From contig CAZVYE010000001.1 of NCBI GenBank assembly GCA_964630895.1, positions 2,319 through 66,318 on the forward strand: a DNA stretch of 64,000 bases, in the 5' to 3' direction. The DNA is from an uncultured Gammaproteobacteria bacterium (GTDB lineage: Bacteria; Pseudomonadota; Gammaproteobacteria; Xanthomonadales; SZUA-38). Below are positions 25,889 through 36,397 of the stretch, piece by piece. The notes under the pieces are model-generated. The model was given only the letters and a program-made list of their open reading frames with translations. It did not search any database and was not told the DNA's origin. Positions within the stretch are counted from its first letter, which is position 1. Each line of letters begins with the position of its first letter. A program made the position numbers and the translations under genes.

Positions 25889-26701
25889 CTAGGGACTAAA
25901 AAGCTCGTCAATAACAGCCGCCAGACGTCGGCCAGCCAGGCACACTCGCTCGGCGGCCAGATGCGAATTTAGTCTAAAGTATTCTAGTGAAATTTCCTGT
26001 GATCTTGGATACACGGTATTGACCACTAGTGACCTTGACTCCAACATCCACCTTTCAATGGCAGCTGTTTCAGTTCCATGTAAAGCAGTACTGGCACAGG
26101 CTTTGCGTATTGCAGCACGCTGCGCCGTCTGATCTCCCAGGTAACGCAGCAGTAAATCATCCCACAGTGCATGCAGGTTCATGCGCTCATCTGATCCGCG
26201 AGTGTCAATAGATTTCGGAACGCTAACCAGAAAATTGTTGCCACCTCGATCATCCGCATACCCCACGTGTAAAGGCTGGTGCAGGTCTCCCACAAAATGG
26301 CAGACAAACTTAACTGCCTCCTGGCGAACAGAAGTATCTGCACCTGCGTCTCGCAGTCGTGCAATTTGTACATTCAGAGCACCAATGACGCAGTTATCTT
26401 CACGACAATCACGTTCTGCGTCGAATACCATTTCATTGCGCGGCATATTGATGTAATGCCAGGGTTTGCTTAACTTCCAGGGGCTTTCGGACCGAATCAC
26501 GTCGGGCCATACACATCCCTCAACAAAATTCGCGCTGGAGTCACCAAACAAAGATAACAGTTGATTTCTTGTGTCCTCGGGCAGCGTCTCCAGCGCCAAC
26601 TCGCCTACGTAGCGGTGCCCCTGGGCACTCCACCCTGCGGCAGTGTAGGGAACCATGAGAAAACCAAGGCAAACCAGCGCGGTGCAAATTTTTACGATCA
26701 T
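25889..26701 (-). CDS. S1/P1-family nuclease (secreted)
   Basis: The signal peptide is followed by the mature N-terminus WSAQGHRYVGELALETL, and by FVCHFVGDLHQPLHVGY, GGN and NLHALWD, the zinc ligand motifs of S1/P1 nucleases. Confidence 0.8.
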   Translation of the reverse strand: MIVKICTALVCLGFLMVPYTAAGWSAQGHRYVGELALETLPEDTRNQLLSLFGDSSANFVEGCVWPDVIRSESPWKLSKPWHYINMPRNEMVFDAERDCREDNCVIGALNVQIARLRDAGADTSVRQEAVKFVCHFVGDLHQPLHVGYADDRGGNNFLVSVPKSIDTRGSDERMNLHALWDDLLLRYLGDQTAQRAAIRKACASTALHGTETAAIERWMLESRSLVVNTVYPRSQEISLEYFRLNSHLAAERVCLAGRRLAAVIDELFSP

Positions 26702-26742
26702 ATTGGATGCATTTTTTGACAATGATGGGAATAATACCCGGA

Positions 26743-27708
26743 ATGAGAGACAAAATTCTTTCACCTGATACAAAATTGGGATTGGCGCTGGCCGGCGGTG
26801 GCGCCAGAGGTATTGCGCATATCGGTGTCATCGAAGGATTGGTGGAGATCGGCGTTGAACCTACCCACATAGCGGGTACCAGCGCAGGAGCCATCATTGC
26901 TGCAATGTATGCGTACTCGCTGGATCCGAAATGGGTGCATGATCAGTTCAGGGCATTCCTGGACAGTCCTGAGTTCCGCGCGCTGGGCACTCAAAAACTG
27001 GCCAGGCGCTATGAGCAGGATGCGGATCAAACACCATTCAGTCGGCGGGTTCAGGACCACGTCGTAATCCACTTATCCTTGTACAAGCAGCACATGATCG
27101 ACCGCTCCAAACTCCGGGCGGCCATGGAGTTTTTAGTACCGGCATCAGACTTCAAACAGTTGCAGATACCACTAATAATATCCGCCGCAGATCTGCAGTC
27201 AGGATTACCCATCCGATATCGAGAAGGCGACCTGCACAATGCTTTGTGCAACAGTGCAAGCATCCCTGGCGTTCTGGAGCCGGAACTCAACGGTTCTACG
27301 GTAATCAGTGATGGTGGCGTTCTAGAACCCGTTCCGGTGGAACCTCTGCGGGAGCATTGTCGTTTTGTGATCGCCTCTGAGATTAGTCGGCACGGTCTAC
27401 CGCCCATGGACGAGATTAATATCAACTCCCTGATGATTCGAGCTGAACAGCTCACCCAGATGACGCTGGCCAAGCTCCAGGCCCAGCAAGCCAACTACGT
27501 CTTATCGCCCGACGTCATGGCATTGCACTGGTCCCAGTTCGGCGCTTTTGATGACCTGTATGCCAACGGACTGGCCTGCGTGCGGGACCATTCAGACCAG
27601 CTAATAAAAACAATTCGCAAGGCATCAGGCTGGCGTGGCCGCCTGGCCTGGAAGCTTCGCCAGCTAGGAAAAGGTCAGCAACCCATTTACCCAGCGGGCG
27701 TGGAGTAG
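26743..27708 (+). CDS. Patatin-like phospholipase
   Basis: It has the oxyanion motif GLALAGGGARGIAHIGV and the nucleophile motif GTSAGA (GxSxG), with a later DGG. An alternative start lies at 26707. Confidence 0.8.
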   Translation: MRDKILSPDTKLGLALAGGGARGIAHIGVIEGLVEIGVEPTHIAGTSAGAIIAAMYAYSLDPKWVHDQFRAFLDSPEFRALGTQKLARRYEQDADQTPFSRRVQDHVVIHLSLYKQHMIDRSKLRAAMEFLVPASDFKQLQIPLIISAADLQSGLPIRYREGDLHNALCNSASIPGVLEPELNGSTVISDGGVLEPVPVEPLREHCRFVIASEISRHGLPPMDEININSLMIRAEQLTQMTLAKLQAQQANYVLSPDVMALHWSQFGAFDDLYANGLACVRDHSDQLIKTIRKASGWRGRLAWKLRQLGKGQQPIYPAGVE

Positions 27709-27724
27709 GAAAAACCTGCCGAGT

Positions 27725-29539
27725 TTAAGATGCCCGCGCCGCGCGCTTGCGTTCGTGCTCCAGCAAATGCTTCTTCCGAATCCGCAAGCTTTGTGGCGTG
27801 ACCTCGACCAACTCATCTGAGTCGATAAACTCCATCGCCTGCTCCAATGTCATCTTAACTGGCGGCGTCAGCAGCAAAGCATCATCCTTGCCAGCTGCAC
27901 GGACGTTGGTGAGCTGCTTGGCTTTAAGTGGATTGACGGTCAGATCGTTTGCTCGAGCGTGAATACCAATTACCTGCCCTTCGTACACATCGACATTGGC
28001 TTCGATAATGAGGCGACCACGTTCTTGCAGGTTAAAGAGAGCGTAAGCGAGTGCTTTGCCGGTGCCGTTGGATATAAGAACGCCGTTTTGGCGCTCTGCG
28101 ATGGTGTCGGTAACTTCTGGACCATAGTGATCAAACACATGGAACAGCAGGCCAGTGCCAGCAGTCACAGTGCGAAATTCGTTCTGGAAGCCAATCAGCC
28201 CACGCGCTGGAATAATATAATCTAAACGCACTCGTCCTTTGCCATCTGGGACCATATTGGTTAATTCGCCTTTGCGCGTTCCCAGACGCTCCATCACAGC
28301 ACCCTGGTACTGATCATCCAGATCAACCACCAACTGCTCGTAGGGCTCTTCCCGGACACCGTCCACTTCCCGCACTACCACTTCAGGGCGAGATACCGCC
28401 AATTCATATCCTTCCCGCCGCATGGTCTCGATCAGGACTGCCAGGTGGAGTTCACCACGACCGGATACCTTAAACTTTTCTGGATCAGGGGTATCGTCTA
28501 CGCGCAGCGCCACGTTGTGGACTAACTCTCGCTCCAGACGCTCTCGGATTTGGCGGCTGGTTAGGTATTTCCCTTCCTTTCCAGCAAACGGTGAATTATT
28601 CACACAGAACGTCATGCTGATGGTCGGTTCGTCCACGGACAGCACCGGCAAAGCCTCCGGCGCTTCTCGATCTGCCACAGTCTCGGAGATGCTCAAGCCC
28701 TCAATACCGGTAATGGCAATGATGTCGCCAGCCTGGGCTTGATCCACTTCATATCGCTGCAGACCCTTAAAACCAAGCACCTGCAGAATGCGACCATTGC
28801 GAGTTTTGCCTTCGCGGTCAATCACGGTCACCGGGGTATTGGTTTTGACCGTACCGCGTTGAACACGACCCACGCCGATGACGCCTACGTAGCTGGAATA
28901 ATCCAGCGAAGAAATACGCATCTGAAACGGGCCGTCCACGTTAACATCAGGCGCCGGGACTTGTTCCACGATCAAATCCAGCAGCGCATGCATATCTGCG
29001 TCCATGTTTGCCGCATCCATCCCGGCAATACCTTGCAGCGCCGAGGCATAGACTGTTTGAAAGTCTAATTGATCATCAGTGGCTCCGAGGCGATCAAACA
29101 AGTCGAAGGTTTGATCGATAACCCAATCTGGCCTGGCACCATCACGATCCACTTTATTTACTACCACAATAGGTTTGAGGCCAAGTTCAAATGCCTTTTG
29201 GGTCACAAAACGGGTTTGCGGCATAGGCCCTTCTACCGCGTCTACCAGTAGTAACACTGAATCCACCATGGAGAGCACCCGCTCTACCTCGCCACCAAAA
29301 TCGGCGTGACCCGGGGTGTCCACAATATTGATTCGAGTATCTTTCCAATCAATAGCAGTATTCTTGGACAGAATGGTGATACCGCGCTCGCGCTCGAGAT
29401 CATTGGAGTCCATCACCCGCTCCGGAGACTCGGTCCGAGCGTCCAGTGTGCCAGACTGACGCAAAAGGCAATCTACCAGGGTCGTTTTCCCGTGGTCGAC
29501 GTGGGCGATGATGGCGATATTTCGGATATTGCTGCTCAT
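27725..29539 (-). CDS. typA: Translational GTPase TypA/BipA
   Basis: The N-terminus is [26 protein letters not shown]. It also has [14 protein letters not shown] and NKVD. The length of about 604 aa fits. The maximal ORF adds 12 unlikely residues. Confidence 0.95.
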   Translation of the reverse strand: MSSNIRNIAIIAHVDHGKTTLVDCLLRQSGTLDARTESPERVMDSNDLERERGITILSKNTAIDWKDTRINIVDTPGHADFGGEVERVLSMVDSVLLLVDAVEGPMPQTRFVTQKAFELGLKPIVVVNKVDRDGARPDWVIDQTFDLFDRLGATDDQLDFQTVYASALQGIAGMDAANMDADMHALLDLIVEQVPAPDVNVDGPFQMRISSLDYSSYVGVIGVGRVQRGTVKTNTPVTVIDREGKTRNGRILQVLGFKGLQRYEVDQAQAGDIIAITGIEGLSISETVADREAPEALPVLSVDEPTISMTFCVNNSPFAGKEGKYLTSRQIRERLERELVHNVALRVDDTPDPEKFKVSGRGELHLAVLIETMRREGYELAVSRPEVVVREVDGVREEPYEQLVVDLDDQYQGAVMERLGTRKGELTNMVPDGKGRVRLDYIIPARGLIGFQNEFRTVTAGTGLLFHVFDHYGPEVTDTIAERQNGVLISNGTGKALAYALFNLQERGRLIIEANVDVYEGQVIGIHARANDLTVNPLKAKQLTNVRAAGKDDALLLTPPVKMTLEQAMEFIDSDELVEVTPQSLRIRKKHLLEHERKRAARAS

Positions 29540-29583
29540 GAAAACTGCTGAAAACCAGACAAAATGGGCGCGCACGCTAACAC

Positions 29584-29606
29584 AACCCTTGCCGAATGCA
29601 AGGGTT
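29584..29606. terminator. Stem-loop between the secreted hypothetical gene and typA
   Basis: The repeat aacccttgc / gcaagggtt is a 9-bp perfect stem with a 5-nt loop. It is flanked by an A-run and a T-run on opposite sides (tcaaaa...tttt reading either strand). Confidence 0.35.
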
Positions 29607-29663
29607 TTGAGTCTATTAGGAAAGAATGTTTGACCGAAGGCTTAAACTTTAGTCATCAGCCCG

Positions 29664-30470
29664 TCATTGGAGCGGCTCGCAATTATCTCTTGGGATCAGC
29701 CGTTGCAACGACGCAGTTGCTGTAGATCCCTCGTCAAACGCATAGTGCAGCATCACCGAATTGCAGTGGATAAACTCCAACTCCGCGGTACCCACAGACT
29801 GCGTATCAACCGGACTTGGCTGGGCCAATCGACCACCTGTGGTGGCAAAAATGGTTAAGGCATCGTCAACTTGCTGCAGCGTATACCAGCGCTGTTCACT
29901 GGTCACATCATCCTGGTCCGAAAACGTAAACCATGCTGCAAACAAATTTCCGCTGTCATCAAGTATGTCTAAAAATACACCTTGCCCGCTGGCCGCGGGA
30001 TCAAACCATGCGCCTTCGTCCAGGGCAGTGACGCCATACTCGAGTGGCGACTCTAACTCAGCGGTGACTGTGTACCCCCAGAAGCACAGCTGGCCATTCG
30101 TATTGGCAATAAATGCTTCTACGTCTTCCTCCACAAATCCAGGCCAGCCATCACATATCTCGATGGCAAAGTCTGCAAACCCATCAAATCTAACGATATG
30201 CCAAGACCATAGTGGTTGCTCTTTATGCAACCAGTCGCGGTTAAACCCATCGGTACCAGCGGCAATCTGAACACTGGCAATGCTGCCCACTGACCCGCCA
30301 GGCCCCTCTTCTATCAGCATTCTTGCCTGTTCGATGTCGGTGGGATCGCTAAGTGGCAGCAAGTACGACTCACCTCGGTTGGGCACAATTTCTGACATGA
30401 CAAACCATCGTGTTTCTGCCTGTACGAACGAAACCCACAGCGAGGCAATCAGCAGTAAGCCGTAGCGCAT
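29664..30470 (-). CDS. Secreted hypothetical protein
   Basis: The signal peptide is MRYGLLLIASLWVSFVQAE. The 268-aa ORF has coding-like composition. It contains the segment GAWFDPAASGQGVFLDILDDSGNLFAAWFTFSDQ...RWYTLQ. I recognise no family. Confidence 0.5.
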   Translation of the reverse strand: MRYGLLLIASLWVSFVQAETRWFVMSEIVPNRGESYLLPLSDPTDIEQARMLIEEGPGGSVGSIASVQIAAGTDGFNRDWLHKEQPLWSWHIVRFDGFADFAIEICDGWPGFVEEDVEAFIANTNGQLCFWGYTVTAELESPLEYGVTALDEGAWFDPAASGQGVFLDILDDSGNLFAAWFTFSDQDDVTSEQRWYTLQQVDDALTIFATTGGRLAQPSPVDTQSVGTAELEFIHCNSVMLHYAFDEGSTATASLQRLIPRDNCEPLQ

Positions 30471-30579
30471 AAAGTTTTTCCCTGATCCAAAAATTTAGCC
30501 ACGCATTGTGCCGCAACTGTGCACCGCGTGAAAAGAATACGTTACCATGGCTGAACACATACTTGGTTAAGGAAACATT

Positions 30580-31089
30580 GTGAGCAATTTAAAAGCAACA
30601 ATTCACACAAACAAAGGCCCCATTAATATCAATCTGCAAGCAGATAAAGCACCCATGACGGTGGCCAACTTTGTTAACTTAGCACAGCGTGGGTTTTACG
30701 ATGATTTGAAATTTCATCGCGTGATTTCCGACTTCATGATTCAGGGTGGCTGCCCCTTAGGAACTGGCACCGGCGGGCCGGGCTATCGCTTTGGAGACGA
30801 GTTTGACCCAACCCTCAAGCACGACAAGCCCGGCATCTTGTCCATGGCCAACGCCGGACCGGGAACCAATGGAAGTCAGTTTTTTATCACCCATGGCGCC
30901 ACGCCATGGTTAGATGGAAAACATTCTGTATTCGGCGAAGTAGTTAGCTCTGACGATCAGGATGTAGTGAACAGCATTCAGCAGGGCGACGATATTGAAA
31001 AAATTGAGATCACCGGCGATGCGGGAGCGTTGTTAGAGTCGCAACAGGATCATGTCAATCAGTGGAATGCCACTCTGGATGCCAGCTAA
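30580..31089 (+). CDS. ppiB: Cyclophilin-type peptidyl-prolyl cis-trans isomerase
   Basis: It has [44 protein letters not shown] and [12 protein letters not shown]. The start codon is GTG. Confidence 0.9.
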   Translation: MSNLKATIHTNKGPININLQADKAPMTVANFVNLAQRGFYDDLKFHRVISDFMIQGGCPLGTGTGGPGYRFGDEFDPTLKHDKPGILSMANAGPGTNGSQFFITHGATPWLDGKHSVFGEVVSSDDQDVVNSIQQGDDIEKIEITGDAGALLESQQDHVNQWNATLDAS

Positions 31090-31130
31090 AGGCACACGCC
31101 AAACGCGTAATCCATGCTAGAAATTGTGGC

Positions 31131-31163
31131 TCACTTGCCTGGTTCATTGGGCCAGGCAAGTGA
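31131..31163. terminator. Stem-loop between the convergent ppiB and ispB genes
   Basis: The 12-bp perfect inverted repeat tcacttgcctgg (31131-31142) / ccaggcaagtga (31152-31163) has a 9-nt loop. The U-tracts are weak. Confidence 0.4.
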
Positions 31164-31187
31164 CACTGTCACGCTCAGGAATTGCGA

Positions 31188-32198
31188 CTAATATGTCCGG
31201 GAGGACGCGTAGTGCGCAAGCGTGACCATCGCGTCTTTGTATTCGCTGGTGGGTATAGCCGCCAGCGAATCGATTGCTGCTTCGGATTCCCGTCGTGCAG
31301 CCTGTTCGGTATAGCGCAGTGCGTCGCTACCTCTGATTGCGTACACCACCTCATCCAAGGCTGACCGGTCTCCTGTCTCCAAAACCCGTTTGATCAGCGT
31401 GCGATCAGCGGGCTGACCATTCTCCAATAAGTAAATCAGCGGCAGCGTAGGTTTACCTTCCGCCAGATCGTCGCCCAAATTCTTTCCCAGCTCGCCAACG
31501 TCGCCGGTGTAGTCCAGCAGATCATCAGTGAGCTGAAATGCAACGCCTAAATGGTGTCCATAGTCGCGTAAGGCAGATTCCCAATCAGGCCCCTTATCAG
31601 CTAACACTGCCGCCAATTCGCTGGCTGACTGGAATAGACATGCGGTCTTGCTGCAAATAATGTCGCGATACGCAGCCTCATTGGTATCCGGATTGCCCAT
31701 ATTCAAAAGCTGCATGACTTCACCTTCCGCAATGGTATTGGTGGTCTGAGCCAGGATATCCATGACGCGCATGGAATCCACCTTCACCATTAGCTGAAAC
31801 GCACGTGAATATAGGAAATCGCCCACCAGCACGCTCGCGGCATTGCCCCATACCGCATTTGCGGTTTCTTGGCCACGTCGCAAATCAGATTCATCCACCA
31901 CGTCGTCGTGGAGCAATGTTGCGGTATGTATGAACTCAATAATGGCGGCCACCACCACATTTCGCTCAACCACTTCGCCACAAGCACCGGCGCTGAGCAA
32001 ATGAATTACCGGCCGCATGCGCTTTCCGCCGCTGGCGATAATGTACTCAGACACTTGATTAATCAGCGCCACTTCCGAACCTAAACTGGAACGGATGGCT
32101 GAATCAACGAGCCGCATGTCGCCTGAAACCAGCGCCTGAACGTGCTCCAGAGACAAAGAATTACTTGCGGCTTGGACCGTTTTTTCGGTCGCAGACAT
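31188..32198 (-). CDS. ispB: Octaprenyl-diphosphate synthase (long-chain polyprenyl diphosphate synthase)
   Basis: It has the two Asp-rich motifs LLHDDVVDESDLRRG and QLTDDLLDYTGD. The ATG at 32198 (MSATEKT) gives about 336 aa. Confidence 0.88.
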   Translation of the reverse strand: MSATEKTVQAASNSLSLEHVQALVSGDMRLVDSAIRSSLGSEVALINQVSEYIIASGGKRMRPVIHLLSAGACGEVVERNVVVAAIIEFIHTATLLHDDVVDESDLRRGQETANAVWGNAASVLVGDFLYSRAFQLMVKVDSMRVMDILAQTTNTIAEGEVMQLLNMGNPDTNEAAYRDIICSKTACLFQSASELAAVLADKGPDWESALRDYGHHLGVAFQLTDDLLDYTGDVGELGKNLGDDLAEGKPTLPLIYLLENGQPADRTLIKRVLETGDRSALDEVVYAIRGSDALRYTEQAARRESEAAIDSLAAIPTSEYKDAMVTLAHYASSRTY

Positions 32199-32420
32199 GC
32201 TGAATGAACATCCTTGCGTAAGTGGAAGCGCAATTATAACGTGTTTGCCGCCGGGCGATAGCTTTCCCGTATTCTTACGGCCTTCGACAGTACTATTTTG
32301 TGCCGATGTTGGTTCAACCATCTAAAGCGGCCGGTTTGCCCACTTATCATGAACCAAATGGCCTGCTAAACTTGCCCGCCGCGCGACGCGCAATTTGCTG
32401 ATATCTTCAAGGAGTAAGGG

Positions 32421-32903
32421 ATGGCTCGAGGCGTAAACAAAGTAATTCTGTTAGGCAATCTGGGCGCTGACCCCGAAACGCGATATACCGCTGGCGGCGC
32501 TGCAGTCACTAATTTGAGTATTGCGACAACGCGACAGTGGCGCGACCGCAACACCAACGAGAATAAAGAAGAAACCGAATGGCATCGGGTGGTCTTCTTT
32601 GGACGCCAGGCCGAAGTAGCGGGCGAATATCTGAGCAAGGGCTCACAGTGCTACGTGGAGGGCCGCCTGCGAACCCGTAAATGGCAGGACAACAACGGCA
32701 ATGATAAATGGACCACTGAAATCGTTGGAGATGATTTGCAGCTGCTGGGTGGCCGCGGCGGTGGCGGTGGCAGCGCGCCATTTGGCCAGTCGGGAGGCGG
32801 CCGCTCCCAGCAAAACCCCAACCAGAATAGCAACCAGAACAATCAAAATAACCAGGGCATGCCGCCCATGGACGATGACTTCGACGACGATATCCCGTTC
32901 TAA
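32421..32903 (+). CDS. ssb: Single-stranded DNA-binding protein
   Basis: The N-terminus is [23 protein letters not shown] and [14 protein letters not shown] is present. The tail is Gly/Gln/Asn-rich and ends in DDDIPF. Confidence 0.97.
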   Translation: MARGVNKVILLGNLGADPETRYTAGGAAVTNLSIATTRQWRDRNTNENKEETEWHRVVFFGRQAEVAGEYLSKGSQCYVEGRLRTRKWQDNNGNDKWTTEIVGDDLQLLGGRGGGGGSAPFGQSGGGRSQQNPNQNSNQNNQNNQGMPPMDDDFDDDIPF

Positions 32904-32983
32904 ATCTTGGTATTTTCGAACTGCATCAAGTCTTGGTGCAGTTCATCTCTAAACATCACCTGAAACAGAAGAAACATATACGC

Positions 32984-34063
32984 ATGAATGCATTACCAAC
33001 ATGGATCGTAACCGGGGGAGCCGGATTTATCGGTGGCAATTTCGTGCTGGACGCCGTCACCCAAGCTCGGGCAAATATCATCAATCTCGACAAACTTACC
33101 TATGCGGGAAATTTGGACACGCTTGCAAGCGTTGCAGATGATCCTAAGCACACGTTTGTTCACGGTGATATCTGCGATAGCGAACTGCTGCAAAACCTGA
33201 TGACGGAGCACCAACCGGAGTGCATCATAAATTTTGCCGCGGAAAGCCACGTAGATCGTTCAATCGACGGTCCCGCCGCATTTGTGGAAACCAATGTCGT
33301 TGGCACCCTGAAATTACTCGAAGCGGCCCTCGCATACTGGAAATCTTGTGATGATGAGACGAAAGAGTCGTTTCGGTTTTTGCATGTTTCCACCGACGAG
33401 GTGTACGGGACGCTGGGAGAGACTGGGAAATTTAGAGAAACCACACCGTATGCGCCGAATTCGCCCTACTCTGCTTCCAAGGCTGGGTCAGACCATTTGG
33501 TAAGAGCCTTTCATCACACCTATGGCTTGCCGGTATTAACCACCAATTGCTCAAATAACTACGGTCCCTATCAGTTTCCGGAAAAACTCATTCCGCTGAT
33601 TATTCAAAAAGCACTGGATGAGGAGCCGCTCCCAATTTACGGCGATGGCCTGAACGTCCGAGACTGGCTGTTTGTCAGCGATCACTGTGCTGCGATACGT
33701 GCCGTGCTGTCGAACGGTAGACCCGGCGAAGTCTATAACGTAGGTGGTGATGCAGAAATGACCAACATCGATGTGGTCAAAACCATCTGCGGTATCCTGG
33801 ATGAACGACGACCAAGGTCAAGCGGTAAGTACGCCGATCTGATTACCTTTGTAAAAGATCGACCCGGACATGATCGTCGCTATGCCATAGACGCAAGTAA
33901 ACTCAAATCAGAACTAAGCTGGGAACCCGCGCATAGCTTCGCTGAAGGTATTGCGGCGACAGTAGACTGGTATTTGCGAGAGCGCCAATGGTGTGAGCGA
34001 GTACTGGATGGCAGCTATCGCGGGCAGCGCCTGGGTACCGACTCCAAGGAGTCAGCCGCATGA
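32984..34063 (+). CDS. rfbB: dTDP-glucose 4,6-dehydratase
   Basis: It has [21 protein letters not shown] and [14 protein letters not shown] (YxxxK). I prefer the start at 32984 (MNALPTW). Confidence 0.93.
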   Translation: MNALPTWIVTGGAGFIGGNFVLDAVTQARANIINLDKLTYAGNLDTLASVADDPKHTFVHGDICDSELLQNLMTEHQPECIINFAAESHVDRSIDGPAAFVETNVVGTLKLLEAALAYWKSCDDETKESFRFLHVSTDEVYGTLGETGKFRETTPYAPNSPYSASKAGSDHLVRAFHHTYGLPVLTTNCSNNYGPYQFPEKLIPLIIQKALDEEPLPIYGDGLNVRDWLFVSDHCAAIRAVLSNGRPGEVYNVGGDAEMTNIDVVKTICGILDERRPRSSGKYADLITFVKDRPGHDRRYAIDASKLKSELSWEPAHSFAEGIAATVDWYLRERQWCERVLDGSYRGQRLGTDSKESAA

Positions 34064-34944
34064 GTCGCAAGGGCATCATACTTGCTGGCGGCTCTGGCAC
34101 GCGGCTATACCCAATAACCATGACCGTGAGCAAGCAGTTGCTCCCGATCTATGACAAACCGATGATCTACTATCCTCTGAGCACGCTGATGCTTGCCGGA
34201 ATTCGTGAAATTTTGATCATCACAACGCCGCAGGACCAAGATCAGTTTATCCGCTTGTTGGGTGATGGCAGCCAATGGGGCCTGGACATTCAATATGCGG
34301 TACAGCCAGAGCCTAATGGATTGGCGCAGGCTTACATCATTGGTGAAGAATTTATCAATGGTGATCCATCGTGTCTGATTCTAGGCGACAACATCTTCTA
34401 TGGGCATGGATTGGTTGATCTGCTAAACCGAGCCACCGATCGCAAGTCTGGTGCCACAGTATTTGGCTATTGGGTAGCCGATCCAGAGCGCTATGGCGTT
34501 GCGGAAGTGGACAGCAAAGGCACTGTTCTGAGCTTGGAAGAAAAGCCAGCCAAGCCCAAATCAAATTACGCCGTTACCGGCCTGTATTTCTACGACGGGA
34601 ACGCCAGCGCAAAAGCGAAGGAGCTTACTCCATCAGCTCGCGGCGAATTAGAAATCACCGATCTAAACAAAGCGTATCTGGCAAGCGGCGAACTCACACT
34701 TGAGACCATGGGTCGTGGCTATGCCTGGCTGGACACAGGAACACACGCTTCACTGCTGCAGGCAAGTGAGTATGTGGAAACTATCGAACAACGTCAGGGC
34801 TTACGCATTGCCTGCCCTGAAGAAATTGCCTACCGTCGAAACTGGATTTCTGCCGAAGATCTGCTAAAGCTCGCTAAACCGCTCGCTAAGAATGGTTACG
34901 GCAGATATCTAAAATCCCTAGTGAAAACTGCAGCACCCCTGTGA
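34060..34944 (+). CDS. rfbA: Glucose-1-phosphate thymidylyltransferase
   Basis: The N-terminus is [17 protein letters not shown]...[36 protein letters not shown]. Confidence 0.95.
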   Translation: MSRKGIILAGGSGTRLYPITMTVSKQLLPIYDKPMIYYPLSTLMLAGIREILIITTPQDQDQFIRLLGDGSQWGLDIQYAVQPEPNGLAQAYIIGEEFINGDPSCLILGDNIFYGHGLVDLLNRATDRKSGATVFGYWVADPERYGVAEVDSKGTVLSLEEKPAKPKSNYAVTGLYFYDGNASAKAKELTPSARGELEITDLNKAYLASGELTLETMGRGYAWLDTGTHASLLQASEYVETIEQRQGLRIACPEEIAYRRNWISAEDLLKLAKPLAKNGYGRYLKSLVKTAAPL

Positions 34945-35495
34945 AAATAGTTGAACAAGCACTCAACGGTGTAGCCTTGATTGAACCGCAAGTATTCGGG
35001 GATGATCGAGGCTACTTTTTGGAAACCTGGAATGCTGGCCGGTATGGACACCTGGGTCTGCCCGACCGATTTGTACAATCCAACGTATCCCGATCTCGCT
35101 ATGGTGTACTTAGGGGGCTGCATTTTCAGAACCCAAAGCCCCAAGGCAAATTGGTCTACGTCTTAGAAGGTGAGGTTTTCGACGTAGCCGTTGACCTCAG
35201 GCGCGGGTCAGATACGTTTGGCCAGTGGTACGGCGCGCAGTTAAGCGCCAGCAACCATCGCCAACTCTATGTACCCGAGGGTTTTGGTCATGGCTTTTGC
35301 GTAACTTCTGAGACGGCACTTTTTTGCTACCTGTGCACCAATCTTTACGACGCCGAGGCTGATGCAGCGGTTGCCTGGGATGACCCTGATATCGGTATCG
35401 ATTGGCCTATTCAGGGACCCGAGTTGTCTGCCAAGGACGCAGCAGCCCCTGCCCTAAAAGACATTCCTGCCGACCGCTTATTTCAGGTCGTATGA
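34941..35495 (+). CDS. rfbC: dTDP-4-dehydrorhamnose 3,5-epimerase
   Basis: It has [36 protein letters not shown] and VPEGFGHGF. The start codon is GTG, overlapping the rfbA stop. Confidence 0.93.
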   Translation: MKIVEQALNGVALIEPQVFGDDRGYFLETWNAGRYGHLGLPDRFVQSNVSRSRYGVLRGLHFQNPKPQGKLVYVLEGEVFDVAVDLRRGSDTFGQWYGAQLSASNHRQLYVPEGFGHGFCVTSETALFCYLCTNLYDAEADAAVAWDDPDIGIDWPIQGPELSAKDAAAPALKDIPADRLFQVV

Positions 35496-36397
35496 AAATC
35501 TTACTTACTGGCGCGCAGGGACAGCTTGGCAGCTATCTTCGCGACGATCTGGGGCGCATTGGCAAAGTCTTTGCTTTTGATCGCCAAACGCTGGACCTTT
35601 GCGACAAAGCCGAAATTTCCAGCGTGCTCCAACGCGTCTCTCCGCGGCTTATAGTGAATGCGGCGGCGTACACCCAGGTTGATTTGGCGGAAACTGAAGT
35701 TGAATCTGCTCGGGCGGTCAACACAACGGCTGTGGGTCAAATGGCTGATTACGCAGCGGAGCATAGCGCCGACCTGGTCCATTTCTCAACGGACTATGTT
35801 TTTCCAGGCAACGCCACGAGGCCTATCGTGGAAACCGACCAGACCAAGCCCCTGGGCATTTACGGCAAAACAAAGCTTGCCGGTGAAAACGCGGTTATAC
35901 AATCGGGCTGCAAGCATCTGGTTTTGCGCACCAGCTGGGTTTTTTCTGCGCGAGGAAAGAACTTTCTCAAAACCATACTGAAACTGGCACAAACGCGCGA
36001 CAAATTGACCATTGTGAACGATCAGATAGGCACACCCACGAATGCGGCCACGCTTTCACAGCTCACTACGGCCGCGCTCGGTCGATGGCTTGGCCGACCA
36101 GGCAAAGTCGGTATTTTTAATTTGAGCAGTACCGGACCAGCCATCAGCTGGTATGAATTTGCCAGTTACTTTTTGCAGCAAGCCTATAAATTTGGAATCG
36201 TTAGCAAATTGCCAACGGTAGAACCTGTACCCAGCACAGCGTATCCAACCCCGGCACAGCGACCCGCCTATTCGGTGCTGGACAACTCGCACTTCAGCAA
36301 AACTTTTTCAATAGACGTACCGGACTGGCGTACCCAAACCGATGCATGCATTGCCGAAATCGCACAACTTAAAGAATTAGAGAAAAGCGATGGATAA
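35492..36397 (+). CDS. rfbD: dTDP-4-dehydrorhamnose reductase
   Basis: It has [19 protein letters not shown] and YGKTKLAGE. The ATGA overlap with rfbC sets the start at 35492. The track ORF begins earlier, at 35402. Confidence 0.92.
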   Translation: MKILLTGAQGQLGSYLRDDLGRIGKVFAFDRQTLDLCDKAEISSVLQRVSPRLIVNAAAYTQVDLAETEVESARAVNTTAVGQMADYAAEHSADLVHFSTDYVFPGNATRPIVETDQTKPLGIYGKTKLAGENAVIQSGCKHLVLRTSWVFSARGKNFLKTILKLAQTRDKLTIVNDQIGTPTNAATLSQLTTAALGRWLGRPGKVGIFNLSSTGPAISWYEFASYFLQQAYKFGIVSKLPTVEPVPSTAYPTPAQRPAYSVLDNSHFSKTFSIDVPDWRTQTDACIAEIAQLKELEKSDG

